From: Mobula hypostoma | Taxonomy: Eukaryota | DNA: 64,000 nt | Direction of reading: 5' to 3' | NCBI RefSeq assembly: GCF_963921235.1 | Contig: NC_086107.1 | Location: 104,286,001 to 104,350,000 of the forward strand | Part shown: piece after piece, positions 39,030 to 52,200 of the stretch | Position numbering within the stretch: the first letter of the stretch is position 1 | Layout of the letters: each line of letters opens with the position of its first letter | Made by a program: the position numbers and the translations under genes | Notes under the pieces: generated by a model | What the model was told of the DNA's origin: nothing | Seen by the model: only the letters and a program-made list of their open reading frames with translations | Databases searched by the model: none

Positions 39030-41526
39030 ACACACAGTGGCATGCAAAAGTTTGGGCACCCCTGGTCAAAATTTCTGTTACTGTGAATAGCTAAGCAAGT
39101 AAAAGATGATCTGATTTCCAAAAGGCGTAAAGTTAAAGATGGCACATTTCTTTAATATTTTAAGCAAGATTACTTTTTTTTATTTCCAGTTTTTACAGTT
39201 TCAAAATAACAAAAAAGGAAAAGGGCCCGAAGCAAAAGTTTGGGCACCCTGCACGGTCAGTACTTAGTAACACCCCCTTTGACAAGTATCACAGCTTGTA
39301 AATGCTTTCTGTAGCCAGCTAAGAGTCTTTTAATTCTTGTTTGGGGGATTTTCGCCCATTCTTCCTTGCAAAAGGCTTCTAGTTCTGTGAGATTCTTGGG
39401 CCGTCTTGCATGCACTGCTCTTGAGGTCTATCCACAGATTCTCGATGATGTTTAGGTCGGGGGACTGTGAGGGCCATGGCAAAACCTTCAGCTTGTGCCT
39501 CTTGAGGTAGTCCATTGTGGATTTTGAGGTGTGTTTAGGATCATTATCCTGTTGTAGAAGCCACACTCTTTTCATCTTCAGCTTTTTTACAGATGGTGTG
39601 ATGTTTGCTTCCAGAGTTTGCTGGTATTTAATTGAATTCATTCTTCCCTCTACCAGTGAAATGTTCCCCGTGCCACTGGTTGCAACACAAGCCCAAAGCA
39701 TGATCGATTCACCCCCATGCTTAACAGTTGGAGAGGTGTTTCTTTTCATGAAATTCTGCACCCTTTTTTCTCCAAACATACCTTTGCTCATTGCGGCCAA
39801 AAAGTTCCATTTTAACTTCATCAGTCCACAGGACTTGTTTCCAAAATGCATCAGGCTTGTTTAGATGTTCCTTTGCAAACTTCTGACGCTGAATTTTGTG
39901 GTGAGGATGCAGGAAAGGTTTTCTTCTGATGACTCTTCCATGAAGGTCGTATTTGTGCAGGTGTCGCTGCACAGTAGAACAGTGCACCACCACTCCAGAG
40001 TCTGCTAAATCTTCCTGAAGGTCTTTTGTAGTCAAACGGGGGTTTTGATTTGCCTTTCTAGCAATCCTACAAGCAGTTCTCTCGGAAAGTTTTCTTGGTC
40101 TTCCAGACCTCAACTTGACCTCCACCATTCCTGTTAACTGCCATTTCTTATTTACGTTATGAACTGAGGAAACAGCTACCTGAAAACGCTTTGCTATCTT
40201 CTTATAGCCTTCTCCTCCTTTGTGAGCATCATTTATTTTAATTTTCAGAGTGCTAGGCAGCTGCTTAGAGGAGCCCATGGCTGCTGATTGTTGGGACAAG
40301 ATTTGAGGAGTCAGAGTATTTATAAAGCTTTGAAATTTGCATCACCTGGTCTTTCCTAACGATGACTGTGAACAAGTCATAGCCCTAACAAGCTAATTAA
40401 GGTCTGAGACCTTGGTAAGAGTTATCTGAGAGCTCAAATCTCTTGGGGTGCCCAAACATTTGCATGGTGCTCCTTTCCTTTTTTTTCACTCTAAAATTGT
40501 ACAAAACAAAAATAATACACTAATCTTGCTTAAAATGTTGAAAAGAATGTTTTATCTTTAACTTTATGACTTTTGGAGATCAGTACATCTTCTACTCACT
40601 TAACTATCCACAGTAACAGAAATTTTGACCAGGGATATATATATCCCTTCTCCCTGCACTTTGTTCATCTGCACATTGGTAACAAATGTCACAAACCCCT
40701 TGGTCAAGATGAGGTTGGCCAAGATCTCAGGCATCCTGCTCCTGGCCAGTGTTCAGGTGTTCATGCTGTCTCTCTGGGATGGGGGTGGGTGTGGTATGCT
40801 TCTCTTCTCCTTGCCCCCACCTTTCTACTTATCCTTGGCCAGCCTGCCTTCTAGCAACCTCCTGTCCCCTCCCATGCCTCTGCCAAGCAAATTTGCCGAT
40901 TCCCAGGTTGCCATTGCCTCCTACCATCTACTCACAGAGCCTTTGTATGAACCGGGAAAGGGAGGCGGAAAGAAAAGACAGGGAAGAGATTAAAAAAACA
41001 TGGCTCACATTACAGGAAACTTTAGCAGGGGCAGGGTCTGGTTGCTTGCCAGTGTTGGTTTGTGGAGAGATGCTTTCCCCCTCTTCCCTCTCCTCCTCCA
41101 CTTCTTCGCTCTCGTCCTCCTCATCTTCATCTTCCTCCTCCTCTTCCGGATCATCCTCATCGATGAGCTTCTTCTGTGATGGAGCTGAATGGGAGGACAG
41201 GGCTATCAGTTCACTAACACAGGTAAATGTTGGTGCTTTGCACTGGGGAGCCTTGGCATGTCTCTCATCACCCTTTCGAGGCCTGGTGATTCCAACACTG
41301 AGGTCTCCACCTCCTTATCCCACAAGCCCAACCAGCTCAAGCTTAGTCCAGAACTCCTCTGAGTCAATTTGGGATTCGAGTGGCTGGCCAGTGCTCGAGT
41401 GAAAACACGGATGATTTTTATACACATTTCCCTAATCCTGGGGGGAGTCTGTTGCCCCGGGCTGAGAGGAGGAGAGTACCTGCTGTTGGTGAATGTGCCA
41501 ATTAAGCACAGATGGGACTGGAGGTT

Positions 41527-41570
<44 letters not shown>

Positions 41571-44500
41571 ACTGTAGTCATGTAGCAGTTAGCATAATGC
41601 TATTACAGTTCGAGCGATCATCAATCAGGGGTTCAATTCCCGGCACTTTCTATAGGGGTACGTTCTCCACATGGCCGTGTGGGTTTCCTCTGGTTGCTCA
41701 GGTTTCCTCTCACATTCCAAAGACATAAAGGTTAGGCCTAGTAATTTATGGGCATGCTATTTTAGCACCAGAAGCATGGAACATTTGCAGGCTGCCTAGC
41801 ACAACCCTCACTGATTTGATTTGGCGCAAATGATGCATTTCACGTGTGAGGCCTCACCTTGAGTATTGTGAACAGTTTTGGGCCCTTCATCTAAGAAAAG
41901 ATGTGCTGGAATTGGAGACGGTCCAGGGAGGTTCACAAGGATAATTCCAGGAATGAAAGGGTTAGCATACGAGGAACGTTTGATGGCTCTGGGTCTGTGC
42001 TCACCGTAATTTAGAAGGATGAGGGGGGATCTCACTGAAACCTATCAAATGTTGAAAGGCCTAGGCAGAGTAGATATGGAAAGGATGTTTCTCATGGTGA
42101 GGGAGTCTAGGTCAAGAGGGCACAGCCTCAGGATAGAGCAGCATCCATTTAAAACAGAGATGTGGAGAAATTTATTTAGCCAGAGGGAGGTCAGTCAGTC
42201 ATGGCTTCATCTGTATAAGTAAACAGTGGATGCGCCCGAGATCCTGGGCTGCCCAGACATCAAGATCCCCCTCTCGGCCTTGCGGATGTGGTCCAAAGGA
42301 ACGCGAAGCAGTACATTTGGCATCAGTTTGGCTGCAGGAGCTGCTGGGAGGTGACGTGATACGTCATCCAACCGCCTTAGGGGCTCCACTCCGGATTTGT
42401 GTAGGATTTACTCCTTAGCCTTCTCTTCTCCCGAAGATACCCACAAGGCAGTGGGATCCGTCACCCTGGATAGGGGCCCATATCGGGTACTGTCAGCCGG
42501 AGCCAGCTGAGCCCGGGACTCGTGTAAGGCAGGGTCGTCACGCCCTGTAGTAGTGACATATGGAGCCACTACCCACTACCTACCCAGAGGGTGGTGAATT
42601 TGTGGAATTTGTTTCCACAGGCATCTGTGGAGGGCAGGTCATTGGGTATATTTAAAACAGAGATTGAGAGGTTCTTGATTGGACACGGCATCAAAGGTTA
42701 CGGGGAGAAGGCCGGGGAATGGGGTTGTGGAGAGGAAAAAAGGATCAGCCATGATTGAATGATGGAGCGGACTCGATGGGCCAAATGGCCTAATTCTGCT
42801 CCTGTGGCTATGGTCTTATGTTTCGATGTATAAGTGACAAATTTTTTTAAAAGGCTATCTCAAATTAAAAATACACGAAGCTAATATCCTGCAGCAGAAT
42901 TGTGACCTTTACTCTGGGGTTTGATAGGAGTTGGGAATGACTTTTAACCTGGAGGGTGGAACGTGAGCTGTGATCATTTGGCAAATGTGAAAAGTTGAGT
43001 GACCCGATCTTTACCAGAAATGGAAAGAGCTTTGGAAGTGGGGGAAAGGCAGTCAAAGAGAGGATAAGGCACGAAACTGGTGCAGTGGTTTAGTGTTGAA
43101 CTTGTAAACCAGAGGCCAGGGCAATCCAGTGACCTAAGTTCAAATCTCACCAAAGTCTGGAGTTTTAAAAAAGTATAGGCATTAGTAATGATAAAGCCCC
43201 CACCTCACTTACTACTGTCCTTCTGGAAAGGAAATCTGGCCCCTGGTATGACCTACACATGACCCCAGACCAATGCAAAGGCATGGTGGTGTAGCAGTTA
43301 GCACAATGTTTTAAAACACCAGCGACTGCGGCTGTCTGTAAGGAGTTTGTACGTTCTCCCCGTGTTTGTCTGTGCCCTGGTTTCCTGCCATGTTCCAAAA
43401 ACGTATGGATTAGAGTTCGTAACCTCCAAGAGGATCATAACCTTGTCATTGGGATTGGAGGTTTGCGTGCCTCAATGACCTGGAGAGCGATGTTGGCTGG
43501 AGTCAGGCCTCTTGGGAGGGTGACCCATGCCAAACAGGTCAAAGGGTAGAGGCCAGACTAAGAGTGGTCCACCGGGCCTCCAGGTTCAGGGCTTCAGCTC
43601 AGGGCTAACAACCCTGACTGGTAAAACAAAATTATCACAGAAACAGCAATGAAGAATCCTTCTACATCTGAGTGTGACGGTATTCCTGAGTCTCGTCCCA
43701 GAAAGTGCATGACTGACAGTAGTGAAAACTGAGAGGAAGCTACTGACACGATGTACGAAGCCCGGAACATCACCAGAGATGGAGGAGCTTCATTGCTGCC
43801 CTAAAAGCCAACAATGTAATGGGCAGTGAGCAAGAAAGAGTTAGTAAGTTGTGAGCATGCTATGTTAGTGCTGGGAGCATGGTAACACTTGCAGACAGCC
43901 CTCAGTACATCCTGGGCTTGTGTTGGTCATTGATGCAAACAACACATTTCACAGTATGTTTCAATATACATGTGACAAATAAAGCTGAATCTTATTCTTT
44001 TCGATACTTGTGCTTGACTCTAAAATATCCTCTGGTAGTCCCAATGAAGGGTGTTGGCTCAAACTTCTGACTGTCCATTTCCCTCCATCGATGCTGCCTG
44101 ACTTGCTGTGTTTCTCCAGTGTTTTGGGTATGTCAAGGGCAGTAAAATGTTGGATATGAGAGAAACACCCTGGTCTCAAAATAAATCTCAGGGTTTGGGG
44201 GGTGCGGGGGGTTTTCAAAGGTACTTTGATGCTGGGTGGTGTTTATACAAAAGCCAGAGTTGGGTGGAGTAAGGGCTTGGCTGGATAAGGCCTGAGTGAT
44301 GGGGAGGTGTGCCCTGTGGGGGGCTTGGCTTATTCTGATTGTCAAACCTCACTTCCATCGTGAAACTGCAGCTGTTTTTCCCATTGGTTAGCTGCCTGCT
44401 GTCCAGTTTCAATATCCAGGGTACACAGAGAACACGGTTGGGAGATTCTTTCTCTCTTCCTTTGTTTAAGGCAAGTGGTGCACATGACCATTGGGAAGGT

Positions 44501-47500
44501 ATGCTCTGTGCGCGCTTTTAGCCAAGTATGTTTGTTGAATATTCAGCTTTGTCGTTTCTGTAACTTGGGGAACATGAATGTTTGGTTGAATTTTTACTGT
44601 CTGTAAATAAATGATTAATATACTTATTCACAGTCAGTGTCTTCTGTCTCACTTGCCAGACTCGCGAACCTGATTCTACGAGGTGGAATGAGGAAACCTC
44701 ATAACTCCCCAAGGAATGACAGTTCACCTCTCATCTTCGTTTGACTGTTCCTCTTTGCCGGGGCAGGCTCCTCCTGATCTTCGTTCGAGTCTCCCATCGT
44801 GAAAATTTTAACCTTCCTGTTGATCTCCTCCACCTCTTCCCGAAAGGCCACAACCTCATCGCCCGCTGGAAACAGACAGGACAGAGGTCATTTTAACTGC
44901 AGGTTGGAACTGGCCAAAATCAGTAGCCACCTCCCAAAGGGTCACAACACCCTGACAGTCCTTCCCAAGAGGGGTATTCCGGACAGAGGTCATCTTAACT
45001 GCAGGATGGGACAGGGCAAAATCAGCAGCCCACTTGGACAGGGTGACTCTGCACGCTGACAGCCCTCCCCAGTAGGGCAATGAGGACAGAGGCACCTCCT
45101 CCTCCAGTAAGACCCACAGGAGAGTTTTCCAGATTCCCATTAGTTGATCTCCCCCTCCTCCCACATTCAAATTCTTTCTCTCTCTCTCTGCTCATTCTAA
45201 AAATTGGTTCCAATTTGACACAATGATAAATGTCACAAATCAGCCTTGTGCTCCTCACTGGAGGTTATCAGAGAGAGAAGACTTAATTTGCTTGCTCTCC
45301 TGCAGTGTTCACTCCTCTCTCCATGGTGAATCTCTGGAGAAAGTTTCAGTGGAGGTGATTCTGGGGTAAGTTTCAGTGGAGGTGATTCTCTGGGGGAAGT
45401 TTCAGTGGAGGTGAAACTCTGGGGAAAGTTTCAGTGTAGTGATTCTCTGGGGAAAGTTTCAGTGGAGGTGAATCTCTGGAGAAAGTTTCAGTGGAGGTGA
45501 ATCTCTGGAGAAAGTTTCAGTGGAGGTGAATCTCTGGAGAAAGTTTCAGTGGAGGTGATTCTCGGGAAATTTCAGTGTACTGATTCTCTGGGGAAAGTTT
45601 CAGTGGAGGTGATTCTTTTGGGGGAAGTTTCAGTGGAGGTAAATCTCGGAACAGGTAACTGTTTGGGGCACAGCTATGCTCACAGTGAGTGAGTAATCAG
45701 CTGAATATTTACAACTCAGAGTGTGGGGTCCAACATTTCAGTCCAAAGATTTCTGTTTGAAGGATGCAGGGTGAGAGGCCTGGGGTTTCAAAGTTTAAAA
45801 TATATTATCAAAGTACAAACAACAGGAATTCTGCAGATGCTGGAAATTCAAGCAACACACATCAAAGTTGCTGGTGAACGCAGCAGGCCAGGCAGCATCT
45901 GTAGGAAGAGGTGCAGTCAACGTTTCAGGCCGAGACCCTTCGTCAGGACTAACTGAAGGAAGCTTCGTCAGTTAGTCCTGACGAAGGGTCTCGGCCTGAA
46001 ACGTTGACTGCACCTCTTCCTACAGATGCTGCCTGGCCTGCTGCGTTCACCAGCAACTTTGATGTGTATTGCTTATCAAAGTACATATATGTTACTATAT
46101 AACCATATAACCATATAACAATTACAGCACAGAAACAGGCCATCTCGGCCCTTGTAGTCCGTGCCGAACTCTTACCCTATCCTAGTCCCACCGACCTGCA
46201 CTCAGCCCATAATCCTCCATTCCTTTCCTATCCATATACCTATCCAATTTAACTTTAAACGACAACATCAAACCTGCCTCAACCACTTCTGCTGGAAGCT
46301 CGTTCCACACAGCTACCACTCTCTGAGTAAAGAAGTTCCCCCTCATTTTACCCCTAAGCTTTTGTCCTCTAATTCTCAACCCATGTCCTCTTGTTTGAAT
46401 CTTCCCCACTCTCAATGGAAAAAGTCTAACCACATCAACTCTATCAATCCCCCTCATAATTTTAAACACCTCTATCAAGTCCCCCCTCAACCTTCTACGC
46501 TCCAAAGAATAAAGACCTAACTTGTTCAACCTTTCTCTGTAACTTAGGAGATGAAACCCAGGCAACATTTTAGTAAACCTCCTCTGTACTCTCTCAATTT
46601 TATTGACATCTTTCCTATAATTCGGTGACCAGAACTGTACACAATACTCCAGATTTGGCCTCACCAATGCCTTATACAAATTCAACATTACATCCCAACT
46701 CCTATACTCAATGCTCTGATTAATAAAGGCCAGCAAACCAAAAGCTTTCTTCAAACTTCTACATGCAACCCTGAGATTGATTTTCTTGCAGGCAGTCACA
46801 GTAAATACAAGAAACACAATAGAATCAATGAGCAATCGCGCCCAATGGACGGACAACAACCAATGTGCAAACGGCAACAAGCTATGCAAATACAAAGAAA
46901 TGTTAATAATAAATAAATGAGCATTAAATATCAAGAACATGAGATGAAGAGTCCTTGAAAGTGAGTCCAGTTCAGTGATGTCGAGTGAAGTTATCCCCTC
47001 TGGTTCAAGAGCCTGATGGTTGAGGGGTAATAACTGTTACTGAATCTGGTGTGTGTCCTGAGGCTCCTGTACTTACTTCCCATTGATAGCAGTGAGAAGA
47101 GAGCACGGCGGGCGTCCTTGATGATGGATGCTGCTTTCCTGCAACAGCGCTCCATGTAACTAGGCTCAGTGGTGGGGAGGAATTTACCTGTGTTGTACTG
47201 GGCCGTATCCACTTATTTTTGTAGGCTTTTCTATACAAGGGTATTGGTGTTTCCATACCAGGCTGTGATGTAACCGGTCAATATACTCTCCAACACGTAT
47301 CTATAGAAGTTCATCACAGTTTTAGACGGTCTGCCGAATCTTTGCAAACTTTGAAGACTGCACTTTCTTCGTAATGGCATTTACGTGCTGGGCCCAGGAC
47401 AGATCCTCTGAAATGAGAAGAAATTAAAGTTGCTGACTTGCCCCACCTCTGATCTTCCGATGAAGATTGATTCATGGACTACGGTTTCCTCCTCCTGAAG

Positions 47501-49211
47501 TCAATCATCAGCTCTTTGGTCGTACTGACACTAAGTGAGAGGTTGCTGTTGTGGCAACACTCAGCTGGATCTTCACTCTCTCTCCAACCTGTTGATTCAT
47601 CACCACCTTTGATTCGGCCAACAACAGTGGTACAGACAGCAAACTTGAATATGGTATTGGAGCTGTGCATAGCCACACAATCAACGGTATAAAGCAAGTA
47701 GAGCAGGGGCTAAGCACACAGTCTTGTGGTGCACGTGCAGATGGAGATTGTGGAGGAGATGTTGTTGCCAATTCAAACTGACCGGGGTCTGAAAGTCAGG
47801 AAATCCAGGATCCAGTTGTATAAGGAGGTATTGAGGCCAAGCTCTTAAAGCTTTTTGATTAGTTTTGAGGGGATGATAGTATTGAATACAGAGCTGTAGT
47901 CAATGAAGAGCATCCTGATGTACGCATCTTCACTGTCCAGATGTTCCAGGGTTGAGTGACGAGCCAATGAGATGGCATCTGCTGTGGACCTGTTGCCCTG
48001 GTAGGCCAACTGGAGCAGATCCAAGTCACTTCTCAGCTGGCGTTGATACGTTTCATCACCAACCTCTCAAAGCACTTCATCACTGTGGATCTACGTGCTA
48101 CCGGATGATAATCATTGAGGTAGGTCACCACAGTCTTCTCAGGCACAAGTATAATTGAAGCCTGCTTGAAGCAGTTGGGTACCTCAGACTGCTGAAGCGA
48201 GAAGTTGAAGATATCAATGAACACACCATCCATCTGATCAGCACAGGTCTTTGGTACTCTGCCAGGTACCCTGTCTGGGCCAGATGCTTTCTGTAGGTTC
48301 ACCCTCCTGAAGGATGCTCTCACATCACCCTGAGAGACTGAAATCACAGGGTCATGGGGGTCTGTGGGAGTTTATGAAGGTTCCCCCAAGTTTTATTGAT
48401 CAAAAGGCAGTCAGCTCATCTGGGAGTGAAACGTTGTTGTCACCTATGTGTCTTGGTTTCACTTTGTAGGAGGCGATAGCATTCAACCCCTACCACAGCT
48501 GTCGAGCATCCTTCAGTGATTCAAGTTTGGAGAAGCCCTTGGGTCTTACCAACGTATCCTGTGTGTCCGGAGTGAGCATTATTTCCAAGAAACACAGAGG
48601 AGTTCTGTGGTTGTCCTTTATGACATCACCTGGAATAATCCCTGGTTAGTGACATTCGTCTCTGAATTATTACTACAGCTCCTCTCTGATCTGCCACAAA
48701 GCTAAATTTGTTGGACACTGTGAGATCATGGGATCCGGGACAGACACCAGAAGCAAGCAGTGGAAAGAGTGAGGGAAACACTGAACGGTCCTCTCACTCT
48801 CACACCAGCCCCTCTTTCTCAGTTGCCCTCCTCCCTCACCTGCCTTCCACCCCTCGCCCTTTCCTCAGCACTCATACCTCCCCGTAGAATTTCACCTCCT
48901 ATGTATATAACCATATGACGCTGGGAAGGGCGCGATGGGCTTTGGCCAGGTCCGATGGTGGTGGGATCTCTCTCACCTTTGCACTGCTGACTTTTGTCTC
49001 TTTTTGCTCCCGTTCGCGATTTCACGTTTGGAAAGCTTTGGCGTTTGGCCCTGCTGGCGATCGCTGTCAAGTCATCGACTAATGTTCCTGTACAGAATGG
49101 AGACGAAATCAGTGAGAAAGGCAGAGATGGGGGGTGCGGGGAGAAGAGAGAGGCAGAGATTGAAAAAAACAGAAGGGGTGCAGGGGGTACTGAGAGAGAA
49201 AGAGCAAGAGT

Positions 49212-49247
<36 letters not shown>

Positions 49248-52200
49248 GAGAGACAGAGAGACATTGAGAATTGGACAGAGTTCATGACAATCAGACGGAA
49301 AATCCAACCTGAGTTGCAAAAGGACTTGGGAGTGCAGGATTCCCTGAAGGTTAACTTGCAGGTTGAATCAGCAGTGAGGAAGGCACATGCATAAAAGCAA
49401 GGATGTAATGCTGAGGCTTCATAAGGCATTGATCAGGCCTCACTTGGACTATTGTGAACAGTTTGAGGCCCCTTATCTAAGAAAGAATGTGCTGGCATTG
49501 GAGAGGGCTCAGGGGAGGTTCACGGGAATGATCCTGGGAATGAAAGAGTGATTGTATGAGGGGTACTTTTTGGCTCTGGGCTTGCACTTGCTGGAACTTA
49601 GAAGAAAGAGGGAGGGTCTCATTGAAACCTATTGAACGTTGAAAGGCCTGGACAGAATGGATGTGGAGAGAATGTTTCTTATAGTGGGGGGGGGGGCGGC
49701 TCTGGGATCAGAGGGTGGTGAATCTGTCGAATTTGTTGCCACAGGCTGCTGTGGAAGCCCAGATTATTGGATGTATTTAAGAGGAAGGTTGATAGGTGCT
49801 TGATTGGTCAGGGCATGAACAGTTATGAGGAGAAGGCGGGAGAGTGGGGTTGAGAGGGAAGATGGATCAGCCATGATGAAATGGCTGAGCAGACTTGATG
49901 AGTTGGACGGCCTAACTCTTGCTCCTATATTTTTATGGTCTTTAAAATACACAGCAATGCACGGCACATTGTGTTTGGTGGACACTAATCCCACCTTCCA
50001 GCACTGGGTCCGTAGAACTACAGATCCCAACTCTTCAAGTAGCCAGACTCATACAGCAGAACAAAAGCTGACCACCAAGTGCCCATCTCCATCATCAGCA
50101 CTTTAACCCTAGCCTTCCATGCCATGGTGATTTGTGCTTGGCTAGACACGTCAGACACGTCTGTCTCCACCACTCTCTCAGACCACATGTTCCATACTCC
50201 ATCTGCTCTCTGGGCGAGAAAGATCTTCCTCAGCTCCCCTCTAAACCTCTTCTCCCTTATCTTGCCAATTCCCTCTAGTTTTAGATACCACTGGTGTGGG
50301 GAAAAGCCTCCTACTACTGACCCTGGCCAGTCCCCTTCTAACTTTACATAACCCTGGCGTCATGAAACCTAGAAGAGCACAGCGCAGGAAACAGGCCTTT
50401 GGTGTATGAGGTCTGTGTTGAACAAGATGTCAACTTAATCAACACATGGTCTTTATCCCTCCCTCTCCTGTTAACATATACCTCTTAAACCTTACCATCA
50501 TATCTGCTTCCACTATTTCCCCTGGCAATTCATTCTGTCTTCGATAGCCAAGTCTATTTTCAATCCAATCTATCAAGTCTCCTTGGATCAGCCTACCATG
50601 AGGGACCTTGTCCATGTAAGATCTTTATACAAGGACGGATCTAAAGCCTCAGTTTGGTTCGAAACGCTGTCACTTGCTTCTATTGTTCGTACGATTGTAG
50701 TTTTTTTCTCCTTTCTCTTTCTTTACGCAGTGGTTTCAGTCTTTGTTTTTTTTTATTGGGTTCTTTGGGTTTCTTGCTTTGTGGCTGCCTGTAAGCAGAC
50801 AAACCTCAAGGCATGTAATTTATACATTCTTTGATAATAAATGCACTTTGAATATACAGCGTCCGCTGCCCTACCCTAATCAATCATCAGTCCTCTCCCT
50901 AGCCTCCTCCACTGCAAGGAAAACAAAGATTCTCTGCCCTGTCTCTACTCATGACTGAGACGGACCGTTCCAGACAATGGGTCAATGAGTCTCGTCTGCA
51001 CCCTCTCCAGTGCAATGGCCACTTCTGCTCTCTAGTACCTCTTCAGACAGTGAGTCCTGTCCACCTCTGGTGACGAGAACAGATTGAGAAGTGATGAGAT
51101 GAGGGATGGAAGACATTAAGGGATGGTGGGAAGCGACACACATGCACGAACACACACACTAATACATGCAAGTGCACACACCTGCGCGCACGCAGACTCG
51201 CGCACACACAGGGGAAGAGGGGAGGAGATGAAGGATACGTCAGAGGGAGAAAGTAAGCTGCCTTGGACTTGACTCTCTTGGAATGTGATCTGCTGGGGAT
51301 TTTTCTCTGATTTCCCTCACACACTTCCCTGACAACAGGAAGAAGACAATGAGAGATCACTGGGAGAACCACATCCAAAAAAGGGTAATCATACTCTCTA
51401 AAGACTGGCTTGAGATCTTTATCTCGGAGTACACTTAGATTTCATAAGGAACGTGCATACTGTAAGAGCAGAATTAGGCCATTCGACCCATCGATTCTGC
51501 TCTGCCATTCCATCATGGCTGACTTATTATCCCTTTCAACCCCATTCTCCTGCCTTCTCCCCATAATCTTTGATGCTCTCACCAATCAAGAACCTATCAA
51601 CCTCCACTTTAAATATACCCAATGACGTGGCCAACACAGTATCTGTGACGAGATTTACCACCCTCTGGCTAAAGAAATTCCTCCTCATCTCCATACTAAA
51701 GGGATGTCCTTGTATTCTGAGGCTGTGCCCTCTGGCACAGACTCCCCCCACTATAGGAAACATGCCCTCCACATCCACTCTATCTAGGCCTTCCAGTATT
51801 CGATAGGTTTCAATAAGATCCCTCTTTATTCTTCTTTTTCAGTTTTTGGCAAATGTACCAATGAGGGTAAAGACTTTGTAGAATATTTGAATGATACAGC
51901 TAAACCTGTAAGGTTCAACTTCACATACTGCTGTTTAGTAAATGCCAACGTGGGAGATTACTGTGAACGTATAGATCAGTGAGAGCTCATGTCCATGTGG
52001 TGAAGAGGTTCAGGAGAAGGAGCTGATATTCTGCACACCAGGAGCAATCTAGAATTTAAGGGGACGCCGACCTTTCTTCCGTCTCGGTCCTCTCTCAGCC
52101 TTTACCGCTGGGTGCTCACACAGCCTGAAGAGATTTTGTGGCTTCTCCGCAGCGTTCTCCCGCAGCTCCTCCACGGATACCTCCAGCAGATCTGTGTGGA

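Larger units (their letters stand above)
45818..46072. mobile_element. Inverted pair of Penelope tails (palindrome)
   Basis: Arms 45850-45955 and 45968-46074 are near-perfect reverse complements, flanked by the direct repeat TTATCAAAGTACA (45805-17, 46073-85). Confidence 0.88.

Noticed and set aside
40749..41402. 217-aa serine-rich + strand ORF
   Set aside because: It is the antisense shadow of the acidic tubby exon at 41009-41184.
41185..41480. Possible longer version of the acidic tubby exon using an upstream acceptor
   Set aside because: There is an in-frame TAA at ~41315, and a good acceptor exists at 41185.
44878..45035. ~55-bp diverged direct repeat next to a tubby acceptor
   Set aside because: The second copy lacks the acceptor and exon, so it looks like an ordinary local duplication.
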